DNA from: a virus
Reading direction: 5' to 3' (one strand)
IMG/VR virus record: IMGVR_UViG_3300045988_108509
Span: 1 to 64,000 of that record
DNA length: 64,000 bases
Under the pieces are notes generated by a model. The model did not search any database. It was given only the letters and a program-made list of their open reading frames with translations, and was not told the DNA's origin. Below, piece by piece: positions 18,347 through 28,711 of the stretch; positions within the stretch are counted from its first letter, which is position 1, and every line of letters starts with the position of its first letter. The position numbers and the translations under genes are program-made.

Positions 18347-18598
18347 ATGACAGCCGAGAAGTTTAAATCTATTTGTGAATATAAAGGAATAACTTGGAAT
18401 GATCTTATCCGTATTAGGATTATCAGGCCAAAGAAATTTTTAGGATTATTTAGGCAATTAACGGGTATAACAATCGAAGGTGCATTCAATAGATGTTCTA
18501 CTTGTGTTGAAATAATGGCTAATGATGACAACGGTGTTTTAATGATGCACTATATTGATTACGAAGATATTATAGGAGTTGAATTAATTAAAAATTAA
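18347..18598 (+). CDS. hypothetical protein
   Basis: ORF track. Confidence 0.5.
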   Translation: MTAEKFKSICEYKGITWNDLIRIRIIRPKKFLGLFRQLTGITIEGAFNRCSTCVEIMANDDNGVLMMHYIDYEDIIGVELIKN

Positions 18599-18784
18599 AA
18601 ATAATTGAGTGAACAGTTTGCAAAAATCAGTACGAATGCGTTGTTAGGATTATCAACATCCGCCACATAAGAACCATATAATCCCGTAAATATCGTGATG
18701 CGTTGGTAGTACGTGTACAGATAACAAACAGGCGTTGGGATAAAGCATTTGGCAAACATTCACTCTAAATAAGAAATAGTAGAT

Positions 18785-19240
18785 ATGAATACAAAATTTG
18801 AAAACATGGCTTTGCTGAATATAGAAGACTACAATGAGCTTAAAGCTAAAGCCGAAGCAACAGATGAGCAGATAAAGAAACAAGCCGAAGAAATGGCTAA
18901 GCCTGAAGTTGTCACATTGAAAGTGTGCTTTGATACATACGGATTATTATACAGGCCAAATACTTGTGTTGATGTTGAAATACCATTCTATGATGATGAA
19001 AAAATCAGAGATATGCTTAACAAAGCAAGTGCTGATATAATGAAATGGTGTGACAAAAATATGATAAAATACAACAAAGAACTCAAAGAATCCAGGTCTA
19101 CAAAAAAACATTGCGAAAGACTAAGAAAGCATATCGCAAATCTCGAAAGACGCCTTTTAAGGCATACATTGGCAAATGTTATTTTATCTATTATATCAGT
19201 TGCGACTATAATTGCCCTTTTCACATTAATTCAAAACTAA
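18785..19240 (+). CDS. coiled-coil protein with C-terminal transmembrane anchor
   Basis: ORF track; hydrophobic stretch ANVILSIISVATIIALFTLI at the C-terminus. Confidence 0.5.
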   Translation: MNTKFENMALLNIEDYNELKAKAEATDEQIKKQAEEMAKPEVVTLKVCFDTYGLLYRPNTCVDVEIPFYDDEKIRDMLNKASADIMKWCDKNMIKYNKELKESRSTKKHCERLRKHIANLERRLLRHTLANVILSIISVATIIALFTLIQN

Positions 19241-19537
19241 AAAAATATGAATAAGAATATAATCAACAACGCTCAACTTTTAGAGATTAAAACTAAGATT
19301 AGACAACTTGGAGCAATGATGAATGCATATCAATGCAGGTTTGTGGTTTCTTCGGGTCAATTGTTTTTTTGTGGATGATGAATATGCTGGAACGGTTAAA
19401 CTGACTAATCTTGATAATGGAGAATCTAACATATCATTCCCTTCATGTGACGATGGATTGATAATCAATCCAGCCGATAAGCATATTAAATAATTTCAAA
19501 ACTAAAAATATTTAAATTAATTAAACAACAATAAGAC

Positions 19538-19804
19538 ATGAAACAAGATATAGAATTTGCTGTTCCTCTTTTTAAAGCTGGTGCAGAATGGCGCATTAAC
19601 AGCGTGTGGCATTCTATAACAGTAATTCCAGATTGCCACCGTTTTATTGTGTTTCTCCCTAAGAAATCAACAATAGGATCAAAGAATCCAATTATGGGTA
19701 TATTGGAAGAGAACAGAACTTTTATATCCAGCCGTCCAGGATGTATTTTATGCAGATTAGATGAAATGGAATCATGGGCTTATTTGGATGATCTATTACC
19801 TTAG
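19538..19804 (+). CDS. hypothetical protein
   Basis: ORF track. Confidence 0.45.
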   Translation: MKQDIEFAVPLFKAGAEWRINSVWHSITVIPDCHRFIVFLPKKSTIGSKNPIMGILEENRTFISSRPGCILCRLDEMESWAYLDDLLP

Positions 19805-19837
19805 GTAATTATATACTCAATTTTAAAAGTTAGAATT

Positions 19838-20086
19838 ATGAAAAAAGATTTAACAGACAAAGAAAAAGAGGAAAGAATGAATTACCTTACCATTCATAAA
19901 TGTAAAAACGAGGATGAACGTAAAGAGTTAAAAGAATTATGTGATTGGTATTTTAAGGATACTCCTACATTAACTATGTCTTTTTCTTTAACAGAAGAAG
20001 ATTTTCGGGTAACAATGGAAAGGGACGTGGAGTTGTCGGAGGTAGCCAGAGCGGTAAAGAATCAACACCATAAGAAGAAAATTTGA
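19838..20086 (+). CDS. hypothetical protein
   Basis: ORF track. Confidence 0.45.
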   Translation: MKKDLTDKEKEERMNYLTIHKCKNEDERKELKELCDWYFKDTPTLTMSFSLTEEDFRVTMERDVELSEVARAVKNQHHKKKI

Positions 20087-20092
20087 AAGGTT

Positions 20093-20296
20093 ATGACCGA
20101 CAGAGAACTTCTTGAAGAAAACAATAAGATGTTAAAGGAAATCCTAAGTTTTGTGAGAAAAGTCGATTCTGTTGAATATAGGGATCATCATGACTTTATG
20201 GAATTTCTTAGAAATGTGGCAGCCGATATATGGGTAGAATATACGGAGCCTGAACAAAGAGGTAGATTGTTTAATTTAATAAATAAAAAGAAATGA
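20093..20296 (+). CDS. hypothetical protein
   Basis: ORF track. Confidence 0.45.
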   Translation: MTDRELLEENNKMLKEILSFVRKVDSVEYRDHHDFMEFLRNVAADIWVEYTEPEQRGRLFNLINKKK

Positions 20297-20961
20297 AAAC
20301 AGTTTTTGATTTAAGCAGAGATGAGATTGTGGCATTGACAGACGAAGAGATAAGTCTGTATATAGACAAAGAGCTTGTTGGTAAGGGTATTCCAATTGAA
20401 GCTAAAAATTGGAATATAAAGAACGAAAAAGAAGTCGTGTATCCAAGAACTGGAGTTCCAGTATTTATGTTAAAAGATGTCGGCATCGGTTTTAGAACCA
20501 TAGAAGGTGCAACTGAGGTGGCTAATTTGCTTGTTAAATATAATGCATTTAAAACAGAATCAAGGTTTCTGACAGGAGCGTATGAACAGTTTTGGATCAT
20601 AAAAGAAAGTGTTTGCCCGGCTATTAAAGGGGAAGCGGGGTATAGCAAAGAAGAGTTTGATAAGGTAAACAAGGAAAACCAAGATCCAGAATTGGAAAGT
20701 ATAAATTCCTTCAATAACACTTTGAAAAATGCCAATGAAATTAAAGACAGGGTGTTGAAATACGTGTACAACATAAAACAAGAGCGTTCATATAACAATG
20801 ACCTGGTTGGCATCTTTGAAAGGTATAAAGATATAGCAGATGGTGATATGGAGGTAGCTATGAATTTTATTAAGGAGGCCTATCCATTCAATGAAGAAAC
20901 AGAGTCGTTTATCAGAAAAAAGTTTGACATGCCTATACCGGACGAATCAAAAGAGCAGTAA
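20293..20961 (+). CDS. hypothetical protein (222 aa)
   Basis: ORF track. Confidence 0.55.
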   Translation: MKTVFDLSRDEIVALTDEEISLYIDKELVGKGIPIEAKNWNIKNEKEVVYPRTGVPVFMLKDVGIGFRTIEGATEVANLLVKYNAFKTESRFLTGAYEQFWIIKESVCPAIKGEAGYSKEEFDKVNKENQDPELESINSFNNTLKNANEIKDRVLKYVYNIKQERSYNNDLVGIFERYKDIADGDMEVAMNFIKEAYPFNEETESFIRKKFDMPIPDESKEQ

Positions 20962-21008
20962 TTAAGCTAAATTAAATCATTTTGAATCTTTTTTATTATC
21001 AAAAGACA

Positions 21009-21016
21009 TATCTTTG
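21009..21016 (+). promoter_or_regulatory. candidate -7 element TATCTTTG, with TTTG 24 nt upstream; 20 nt before the ATG of 21037
   Basis: Matches the Bacteroidota TAnnTTTG -7 consensus, and TTTG lies at 20981. Confidence 0.3.
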
Positions 21017-21036
21017 TCCAAAAAAAAACAAACAGA

Positions 21037-21291
21037 ATGGAAGAAAAAGAGATAAAAGAAGCTATGATTGAAGCCCTGACGCACTTAGAGGGGTGTAAGT
21101 ATTTCGTGGCTACGATAGTAAATGAAGAGGAAAGAAGATTTGATATGAGCCTAAGAATGTCACAGCATCAATTGGCGTTAATTATAAAAGGCATCTTATC
21201 TAATAATGAGATGATGATGATGGATGTTTTGCAGTGGTGTTCTGAAAGATTTAAAAATAGTATAGAGAAAGGAAAGAAATCAACTAATTAA
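21037..21291 (+). CDS. hypothetical protein
   Basis: ORF track. Confidence 0.5.
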   Translation: MEEKEIKEAMIEALTHLEGCKYFVATIVNEEERRFDMSLRMSQHQLALIIKGILSNNEMMMMDVLQWCSERFKNSIEKGKKSTN

Positions 21292-21302
21292 ATATTAATA
21301 CA

Positions 21303-21773
21303 ATGAATCGCTGGTTTGAAATTACGGTAAAAGCCGAGATTGATAATATCGAGAACGGCAAAAAAAAGAAAGTAACTGAAAAGTATTTAGTGGATGCCTT
21401 GTCTTACACAGAGGCAGAATCAAGATCGTTGGAGATCTTCAAGGATTTGTACAATTCTTTCGAGGTTGTAAAAATTAATCCTATTAAAGTGTCGGAAATC
21501 TTCTTCAACGGAGAAGCTGAGTACTGGTATAAGTGTAAGGTGAATTACATTACACTGGATGAAAAGAAAGGTAAAGAAAAGAAAACTCCATGCTATATGT
21601 ATATCCAGGCCGGCAATCCTAAGGATGCCGAAGCTGTGTTGACTAAAGGTATGCAGGGTACGTTAGGAGACTGGAATTGCGAGTCTATTGTGGAAACGAA
21701 AATCATTGAAGTGTTTAAATACGATCTTCAGAAGGGAGCTGAAAAATTAGGCGAGAAGAAGAGTGAAGAGTAA
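21303..21773 (+). CDS. hypothetical protein
   Basis: ORF track. Confidence 0.5.
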   Translation: MNRWFEITVKAEIDNIENGKKKKVTEKYLVDALSYTEAESRSLEIFKDLYNSFEVVKINPIKVSEIFFNGEAEYWYKCKVNYITLDEKKGKEKKTPCYMYIQAGNPKDAEAVLTKGMQGTLGDWNCESIVETKIIEVFKYDLQKGAEKLGEKKSEE

Positions 21774-22002
21774 GGCTGATGTAGTTTCCAACATAGCGCT
21801 TGTTGTGGCGATAATATCATTGCTTTCAGCAGGCGCTTTCCTTCTGATAGTGATTAAGACAGACGAGGTATCTAAATTATTAATGAACGTACCTTATCTA
21901 CTGGCTTCAGCGGGATTATTCTTTTCAATAATATCATTATTATTCGAATGGAAAGCAAGGAAAAGAAGCTATACGTCTGCGAAAAATGCGGACGAAAAGT
22001 GA
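21763..22002 (+). CDS. small two-TM membrane protein (holin-like topology)
   Basis: ORF track; two hydrophobic helices. Confidence 0.45.
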   Translation: MKSKADVVSNIALVVAIISLLSAGAFLLIVIKTDEVSKLLMNVPYLLASAGLFFSIISLLFEWKARKRSYTSAKNADEK

Positions 22003-22472
22003 TGATAAGAAGTCATGGCTTATGCCAGGCTTGCAGGAGCAAAGAGTTGACTCCGAAGAAAAAAAACAGAATTACATCCATTAAAAACAGCAGCAAGAAG
22101 AAAAAGTTAGAGAACCCGGATTTATCCGGGTTTTTTCGTCTTATGTTGGAGGAGTTGAGTACTATTCGAATGTCTATGACTGGTAAAGCTATTCATTTTC
22201 CTACAGTATGTAACGTCTGTCACATACTTCCGAAAAGGTTATATAAGTCGGTTGCCACTTGCAGGGATAATATAGTTTTCCTTCATGAATCAGAGCATAC
22301 GGTATTCGACATGTATCTTGACCGGATGGAATTTGATAAACTTGAAACAGAATTTCCTTTTGTGTGGAAGTATGCGGTAAAGAAGGTGCTGGATATGGAA
22401 AGCAGGGGAATGATTAAAGAAAGAGGTAGATTAATTATTGAAATAATTGACAGATATGAGAAAACTTTATAA
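21948..22472 (+). CDS. zinc-ribbon protein with possible HNH-like motif (CNVCH...N...H)
   Basis: ORF track; N-terminal CxxC...CxxC; C-terminal His/Asn pattern. Confidence 0.35.
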   Translation: MESKEKKLYVCEKCGRKVMIRSHGLCQACRSKELTPKKKNRITSIKNSSKKKKLENPDLSGFFRLMLEELSTIRMSMTGKAIHFPTVCNVCHILPKRLYKSVATCRDNIVFLHESEHTVFDMYLDRMEFDKLETEFPFVWKYAVKKVLDMESRGMIKERGRLIIEIIDRYEKTL

Positions 22473-22632
22473 AATAAGAATAGAAGCTGACGATGAAACT
22501 ATCTTTTATGCTCACATACAGAGAGAAAGTTATGGTAAGGATATAGCTATCGCAGTGAAAGATAGAGATAAAGATGAAGTGGAAACAGTGTTACATTGTA
22601 TTAAAGAAGAATTGATTAGAGGAAGATCATGA
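22447..22632 (+). CDS. hypothetical protein
   Basis: ORF track. Confidence 0.4.
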   Translation: MTDMRKLYKIRIEADDETIFYAHIQRESYGKDIAIAVKDRDKDEVETVLHCIKEELIRGRS

Positions 22633-23945
22633 AAGAGAAAATAAAAATATTGACAGATTTAGGATTTGTCCCTATGGTGGAAGGAGAAGGAAATACGTTG
22701 TTTAGAATGAACGATGTTGTGATGTCGGTGTCAGATCCTAACCAAACACCAGAGCAGTTGAAGAAGGAGGTTATGTCTTTAATAAAGAACAGAGACATAG
22801 CAGAAAGAGGCGGACAGGTTCCAGTAGTTGAAGAGCCGGCGCCTGAGACAGAGCAGGCCCAGAAGGAGGAACCGGAAGCTCCGGCGGAGGAAGCCGCTCC
22901 TAACCCTGGAGAAGAAGATTCGAATCCGTTTACAGAAAATCAGGAAACGTTAGAGCCGTTTTATATCTGTGATGAGTTAAAGAAGATCGAGACTCCCAAA
23001 TTCGTAAGATTGACATTAGACGGTAATCGTTTTTATGTAAGAAAGATGGACGATGGGACAGCCAAGATATACGCCTCGGTAACAACCATGATCAGAGACG
23101 GATTCGTAGATGACAAAACGGCTCTTCAAGAATGGAGACAGGAGATGAGGATGATTGGTCGCAATCCGGAAGAAGTATCAGAATATGATGCAGATAAAGG
23201 AACGATCATGCACTACCTATACGGATTATACTTGACAGGTAGAGATATGGTCTTAAATCGAAGTTTTATAGTTAAGACAGTGCAAGAAGGCAAGCTTAAG
23301 ATATCGAAAAAGAATCTTGACAAATTCTTTGGTAGCATAGATGATCTTGACGATATGATTGTTAGGGTTATGAAGTTTGCTAAATTTTGTTCGGAGTATA
23401 AGGTTAAGCCGATGATGATTGAAAGAATATTGTCATTAGAAGATTATTTGGTAGCTACTCCAATAGATGCGATGGTTAAAATGACATTCAAATACAAAGA
23501 AGAAGGTTATTTTGGAGCCGTGTATCAAAGGGCTACGGGGCAGTTCAAAAAAGGCGATCCAAAGAAGGAGGTGAGAGAAGTGGAGAAAGAAGAGATTGTT
23601 ATCTTAGATTTTAAATCGGGTGACATACGAAATGAACATGCTTTTCAGTTGGAGGCTGAAAGGAGAATGGTTAAAAACTGGTACGGAATTGATGCACGTA
23701 TTATGAATTTTTCTCCAAAAAGCACGAACAGTAAAGGTTATACGCTAAAAGAATGGTCTGATAAAAATGCTGCTATGGAGAAAGCGGACTGTGTGTTCCA
23801 ACAAGGGATGTTGAATCACCTTAGAAAAGATAAGAGGTTTAAGGTAAGAAAAGGAGTGTTGAATATCAATAAGCCATACAATGAAGAGGATCATATTGTT
23901 GTATATGATATTGCTGAGGAAATGTCTAAAAGATTCGTAATATGA
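22629..23945 (+). CDS. PD-(D/E)xK family exonuclease-like protein (RecB/YqaJ-type motif VILDFKSG) with Pro/Glu-rich linker
   Basis: The hhhD-x-K-(S/T)-G motif and downstream E-x-QL were read in the translation. Confidence 0.5.
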   Translation: MKEKIKILTDLGFVPMVEGEGNTLFRMNDVVMSVSDPNQTPEQLKKEVMSLIKNRDIAERGGQVPVVEEPAPETEQAQKEEPEAPAEEAAPNPGEEDSNPFTENQETLEPFYICDELKKIETPKFVRLTLDGNRFYVRKMDDGTAKIYASVTTMIRDGFVDDKTALQEWRQEMRMIGRNPEEVSEYDADKGTIMHYLYGLYLTGRDMVLNRSFIVKTVQEGKLKISKKNLDKFFGSIDDLDDMIVRVMKFAKFCSEYKVKPMMIERILSLEDYLVATPIDAMVKMTFKYKEEGYFGAVYQRATGQFKKGDPKKEVREVEKEEIVILDFKSGDIRNEHAFQLEAERRMVKNWYGIDARIMNFSPKSTNSKGYTLKEWSDKNAAMEKADCVFQQGMLNHLRKDKRFKVRKGVLNINKPYNEEDHIVVYDIAEEMSKRFVI

Positions 23946-24175
23946 GTGATATTGTTATTCCTGAAGGAGATTATGTAGAAATCGTAAAACCGATATGTAT
24001 AAATCCTTTTGGTGATTATTTTATTAACATCAAAGGGGGGTCAAGATTAAGATTATCGAAAGATTTGAAAATAGGGGATAAGTATGCAATATGCATACTC
24101 ACATCTTACGAGAAATATGGCAAGACTGTTAATGTGACAATGCCTATACTGGTTAGAAACACAAGAAGAGTATGA
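23942..24175 (+). CDS. hypothetical protein
   Basis: ORF track; ATGA overlap. Confidence 0.45.
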   Translation: MSDIVIPEGDYVEIVKPICINPFGDYFINIKGGSRLRLSKDLKIGDKYAICILTSYEKYGKTVNVTMPILVRNTRRV

Positions 24176-24522
24176 AAAGAAAAATTAGAAGAACCGGGGA
24201 GATAATAGACGTAATCACCTTCAATGGTTCAACTATAAGAAGAGACTATGACAAAATACAATTCTATGACAGCAACGGAAGTGTGATAAATGGGAGTTTA
24301 AATTATTATCTCGATACCCTTCCTGTGGATGATGAGAACAAAGATGTAGACTGGGAACAACGTAGATTCGATCTTGTTAAGGCTTATTCTATTGAGTTCA
24401 TTAAAATGCAAGATAGAAAAGGAGAAATAGATTGCGGAGTATATGTACCGGATGTGGTGTCATGGTCTATAGATATAGCGGATAGAATCATAGAAGCAAT
24501 GAGAGGAGTCAAAAATGCTTGA
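24172..24522 (+). CDS. hypothetical protein
   Basis: ORF track. Confidence 0.45.
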   Translation: MKRKIRRTGEIIDVITFNGSTIRRDYDKIQFYDSNGSVINGSLNYYLDTLPVDDENKDVDWEQRRFDLVKAYSIEFIKMQDRKGEIDCGVYVPDVVSWSIDIADRIIEAMRGVKNA

Positions 24523-25528
24523 TTTTAGAAGATACGAAAACGTACCCCGGTTTCAACTTGACCGCAGGCCTGGCAGGAGCCGACTAAAGCTACCCTGCCC
24601 GGCTTGCGGGAAAAGCCGGTGCCTCACTCCTTATATTGATGTGGCAACAGGTCAGGTTGTTGGAAACGAGTTCGGAAGATGCGATCACGAACGGACTTGC
24701 GGTTACGATAAACGACCCACTGGTAAGGATGTAGGTGACAAAGATCTTTGGATTTCGGGAAATAAGTGTATAAGAGCTTATCGTCCTCCTATAAATCCTG
24801 ACGTTGTAAATTACATACCTTTTAGCGAGTTTGAGAGGACTGTAGTCCCAGACGATAGAAACACCGTATTTAGATTTTTATCGTCTCTATGGGGAAAAGA
24901 AAGGGTATCTGATGTATTCAGAAGGTATCATGTCGGAACAATGGACTTATGGGGATGGAAAGGGTGTTGTATATTCTGGCAGATAGACAAAGATTTTGTA
25001 TGCAGAACCGGCAAGATCATGGACTTTTGTATAAAGACCGACAGCCAGGGGAATGAGATTGATGTAAAAAGAGTGAAGGAAAAAGACGGTGACAATGAGC
25101 GGCCTCATGTTATGTTTTATCACTCGTTGCATGCAAGAGACTTCTTGTTTAGACAATGCCTGTTTGGAGAACATCTTCTAAGCCAGTATCCGGATAAGGT
25201 GGTTAATCTGGTGGAATCAGAAAAGACGGCTATTATATGCGCTGTGAATAAACCAGATGAGTTATTTGTAGCTACAGGTGGGTTGCAGAATCTAAGGCCG
25301 GAAGTGATAGATGTTTTAAAAGATAGAAAGACCGTAGCTTTTCCGGACAAAGGACAAGCATTTGAGACATGGAGTAAAAAGATAGATGGGATGATGATGA
25401 AGTCAAGGATAAAAGTATCGGACTATCTTCAAAATGTTGAAAATGTAGGAGACGGAGATGATGTGGCAGATTTGATAATTAGTAACAAGGTAAAAGAAAA
25501 ATATTATGAGCCTGGATGTTTATATTAA
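24515..25528 (+). CDS. DNA primase-like protein: T7-type zinc ribbon (CPACG...CDHERTCGY) + TOPRIM-like core (LVESEKTA ... VAFPDKG)
   Basis: Motifs read in the translation. GC-rich island at its 5' end (24540-24630). Confidence 0.55.
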   Translation: MLDFRRYENVPRFQLDRRPGRSRLKLPCPACGKSRCLTPYIDVATGQVVGNEFGRCDHERTCGYDKRPTGKDVGDKDLWISGNKCIRAYRPPINPDVVNYIPFSEFERTVVPDDRNTVFRFLSSLWGKERVSDVFRRYHVGTMDLWGWKGCCIFWQIDKDFVCRTGKIMDFCIKTDSQGNEIDVKRVKEKDGDNERPHVMFYHSLHARDFLFRQCLFGEHLLSQYPDKVVNLVESEKTAIICAVNKPDELFVATGGLQNLRPEVIDVLKDRKTVAFPDKGQAFETWSKKIDGMMMKSRIKVSDYLQNVENVGDGDDVADLIISNKVKEKYYEPGCLY

Positions 25529-25856
25529 GAACAAAAAGAAAGAAGATCGTGAATGGGTTGCAAACATTACCCACAACATGAACAAGATGGCACAAAGAAT
25601 ATTCGTATCAGAAAATAAAGAAACGCTGTACGATTATGTTTGGAGACCAGAAGAATTGGGTAGGGAAATAGATACCGATGAGATGAAGAATATACTTACA
25701 AAAGGTATATGTATTATGATCTCTAAGAGAAAAAGTCTTTTAAGATACGAGCCGGAAAATGGATGGGGGTCTTATGATTCATTTCTTAAGTTTCTTATCG
25801 AATATAAAGAGGCGTGTGAAGATCATCCTGGTTATATAATTGAAGCAAGCAGATAA
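25506..25856 (+). CDS. hypothetical protein
   Basis: ORF track. Confidence 0.45.
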   Translation: MSLDVYIKNKKKEDREWVANITHNMNKMAQRIFVSENKETLYDYVWRPEELGREIDTDEMKNILTKGICIMISKRKSLLRYEPENGWGSYDSFLKFLIEYKEACEDHPGYIIEASR

Positions 25857-26115
25857 TATGGAAAATTACAAAAACACTTTAAATGAGGTAGTGGTGATTG
25901 AATCATCACCAGAAACGTATTTTGTTTACGCTATTCGTAATGCTATTCGTATCTCTAAATGTGCGTATCCTACTGCCAAGAAAGTAATATTAAAAAGAGA
26001 AGGGGTGGAGATTGAGATTTCCGAAGTGGAAACCGAAAAAAGCCTATATGATAAGTTTAAAGAAGCTCAAAAAGATAAAGTATGGAACTCTCTGAAAAGC
26101 AACAACGGGTTTTAG
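25840..26115 (+). CDS. hypothetical protein
   Basis: ORF track. Confidence 0.45.
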   Translation: MKQADNMENYKNTLNEVVVIESSPETYFVYAIRNAIRISKCAYPTAKKVILKREGVEIEISEVETEKSLYDKFKEAQKDKVWNSLKSNNGF

Positions 26116-26648
26116 CCGGAGAAATATGCCCTTATTGTGGTAGGGAAACGAAGCTGGTTAATGCCGACGAAATATATAAAAGAAAAGGATTAGGCATGGT
26201 AATGATGTGTAAGCCGTGCAATGCTTATGTAGGTGTACATGGTACCGGTCCTAATAAAGGTAAGGCGCTGGGCAGGTTGGCAGATGCTTCGCTCCGATCT
26301 CTTAAGATGAGGGTTCATGCTAAATTAGATAGGTTATGGGTTACACCGGAAGAAAGGAAGAAGATGTACGAAGACCTATCTGAGTTTCTAAATTTACCTC
26401 CTGAATATACACACATCGGTATGTTCGGAGAAAAGACGATGGGGAAAGTATTTCAGTTCTGTCATGTAAATAAAAGCCGGTCCGGTTCTAACATTGAATG
26501 GCATAAGCCGGGTGATGAATGTCAGAACAAAAACAGTAAGATCGTATGTGGAAGTAGTGCCTGTCATGGCTGCCCATCGTACTTACATCATGACAAAGAT
26601 GGGTATGTTTGGTGTGACCCAGATATGAGTTACGGCTTTTTAAAGTAG
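26082..26648 (+). CDS. zinc-finger-containing protein (CPYCG...MCKPCNAYVGVHG; DUF3268-like pattern)
   Basis: Cys pattern read in the translation; the family assignment is from memory. Confidence 0.4.
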   Translation: MELSEKQQRVLAGEICPYCGRETKLVNADEIYKRKGLGMVMMCKPCNAYVGVHGTGPNKGKALGRLADASLRSLKMRVHAKLDRLWVTPEERKKMYEDLSEFLNLPPEYTHIGMFGEKTMGKVFQFCHVNKSRSGSNIEWHKPGDECQNKNSKIVCGSSACHGCPSYLHHDKDGYVWCDPDMSYGFLK

Positions 26649-26698
26649 GAATCTGTTAATACTTATCTTTGTATCATTAACTTTTAAAATACAAAGAA

Positions 26699-26977
26699 AT
26701 GGGACGTTCAACAGAGTACTACAGGACTCATCCTGAAGCCAGGAAAAAAAAGGCTAAAAAAGATAAGGAGATAAATGCCAGACCAGAACAGAAAGCCAAA
26801 CGCCGGGAGCTTGGTCGTAAAAACTACGAAACGGACAAAAAGAAAGGCAAGGGCTGGAGGAAAGGTAAAGATTGTTCTCATACCAAGAACGGTCTTAGGT
26901 ATAAATCAGTAAAAGCTAATAGGGGGTCCAAATCGGATACAAAAGGTGACAAAAATGCAAGAGGAGATAGCAAATAG
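26699..26977 (+). CDS. highly basic (Lys/Arg-rich) small protein
   Basis: ORF track; about 40% K/R. Confidence 0.45.
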   Translation: MGRSTEYYRTHPEARKKKAKKDKEINARPEQKAKRRELGRKNYETDKKKGKGWRKGKDCSHTKNGLRYKSVKANRGSKSDTKGDKNARGDSK

Positions 26978-28079
26978 GATAGATATAAGAAGGATATTCA
27001 AGACCTCTAAACAGGTTATGGAAGAGGCGTATGAGAATATCTTAAAATACAGGCGGGGAGAGCTTATCCCCGCTAAAACCGGATACGATTATATTGATGA
27101 GGCTTTGCTTGGAGGTATTTTTCCTCAGCATGCTATTGCCATAGGAGCCCGGCCATCTGTGGGTAAATCGTATGTGGCCCAAAAGATATTGGAAAATGTG
27201 ATGAATCCGATGATCAACCCGCAAGCAGAAGATTATTTTCTTGTCAATTGTGAGTTCGAAATGAATCCTCAAGATCTTCTTCTTCGTAGAATGAGCCAGG
27301 ATATGAAAAAGAGGGCTCCTGAAATATTAAGAAGGCAAGATTCTAATACAGTAGAAGAGATGAGGATGTTTGAAATCCTTCAAGGTGAAATCAGGAATAA
27401 TATAATATACATAGATGCTCCGTGTACGGTAAAAGAGTTTGAGGCGGCTGTGTATCATATAGCTACCAAGCACAAAGACAAACGTCTTATAATATTTAAA
27501 GTCGATCATATTGCTTTGATAAAAAGAATGGGGTTAGATCCTAAGTCGGCTATAGATGATTTGGTGGCGGTTATGAATGAGGCTAAATTAGTATATAAAA
27601 ACATATTTTTCCTCATCATATCCCAATTCAACAGAGAAATAGAAGGAAGGATAAAAAGCCCACAAGAGCAGCCTCCGCGTCTTTCTGATTTTTACCAGTC
27701 TGATACGCTGGGTCAGTTATGTACGTTAATGATAGGCTTGCACAATCCTCGTAGGTACGGGCTGGATAAGTATATGATATTTGGGAAAGATTGGTATCAG
27801 ACTCTTGATAGGTTTAAAACTGAAAACAAAACATCATTCAGGACAGCCGGACTGGTGTTTCATCATATACTGAAGGTAAGGCAAGTTAGTATGGAAGAGC
27901 TTACTAATACAATCCACCCAGAGATCCTGCCGGGGCATGGATGGATGTACGGGGAGGGCGGGACGAAGTTCGTGAACCCCAACCAGCCGCCGACGCCGCC
28001 CAAGCTCTATACTGTGGAAGACGTTACGGACAATCAGGAACAAGAACAAGAGACAAAAGAAGAACAGTCATTGTATTAA
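26946..28079 (+). CDS. dnaB: replicative DNA helicase, DnaB-like (motif TGYDYIDEALLGGIFPQHAIAIGARPSVGKS)
   Basis: Classic DnaB C-terminal Walker A context GARPS(M/V)GK(T/S) preceded by a TG..D.D...GG motif. GC-rich island in the C-terminal tail (27930-28020). Confidence 0.8.
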   Translation: MTKMQEEIANRIDIRRIFKTSKQVMEEAYENILKYRRGELIPAKTGYDYIDEALLGGIFPQHAIAIGARPSVGKSYVAQKILENVMNPMINPQAEDYFLVNCEFEMNPQDLLLRRMSQDMKKRAPEILRRQDSNTVEEMRMFEILQGEIRNNIIYIDAPCTVKEFEAAVYHIATKHKDKRLIIFKVDHIALIKRMGLDPKSAIDDLVAVMNEAKLVYKNIFFLIISQFNREIEGRIKSPQEQPPRLSDFYQSDTLGQLCTLMIGLHNPRRYGLDKYMIFGKDWYQTLDRFKTENKTSFRTAGLVFHHILKVRQVSMEELTNTIHPEILPGHGWMYGEGGTKFVNPNQPPTPPKLYTVEDVTDNQEQEQETKEEQSLY

Positions 28080-28093
28080 AAAAAATAAGAACC

Positions 28094-28696
28094 ATGAGAC
28101 TAACAGTAGAAGAAAACGAATACCTGATAAGTAAGTTCCTTTTGGTTCTTACTGAGTTTGCAGGGGATGAAAGAGAGATGTTTTTAATCAACTCCATACA
28201 TGATAAGGCGGTGGCGGATATGAATTATCGTCTTCCGTCTTTAATAAGCAGAGAACGTAAAAGACGAGTCATTGAACTCCTTAAAGAAGGAACCAGAATA
28301 ATCAAGGACTTTTCCGGCTATGCAGGTGATATGGGTATGATTAACGAATACGATCGTTTAAAGAAAGAAATAGGAACCGTCCAAGACCAGCTTGGTGACG
28401 TAGAAGGTCAACTTCGGGCAGCAGGAGAAGTTATTAAAAAAGAACTTGATATGATTGCTGACCGAATCAAAGAAGACCTCCTCGACCGAGAACTGGCTAA
28501 AAGTAATGCCGAGGCCGAAAGAAAAGCCAAAGTAGATCCGAGATACGAAGTAGCTTTAGGTGATTACAAGGAGATGCTGGAAGTGATTTTTACAACCAGA
28601 AACAAGTATTCTACGGTAGATTCTGTACATGACGATCTTCGACAGTCGGTATCTACCGGTAGAAATTCGATTATTAAAGAAGGGTACAACAGTTAA
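28094..28696 (+). CDS. coiled-coil hypothetical protein (start at ATG MRLTVEEN)
   Basis: ORF track 27941..28696. The upstream part overlaps dnaB in another frame through the GC island, so the start was moved. Confidence 0.45.
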   Translation: MRLTVEENEYLISKFLLVLTEFAGDEREMFLINSIHDKAVADMNYRLPSLISRERKRRVIELLKEGTRIIKDFSGYAGDMGMINEYDRLKKEIGTVQDQLGDVEGQLRAAGEVIKKELDMIADRIKEDLLDRELAKSNAEAERKAKVDPRYEVALGDYKEMLEVIFTTRNKYSTVDSVHDDLRQSVSTGRNSIIKEGYNS

Positions 28697-28711
28697 AAAC
28701 AAGGAGGGAAT

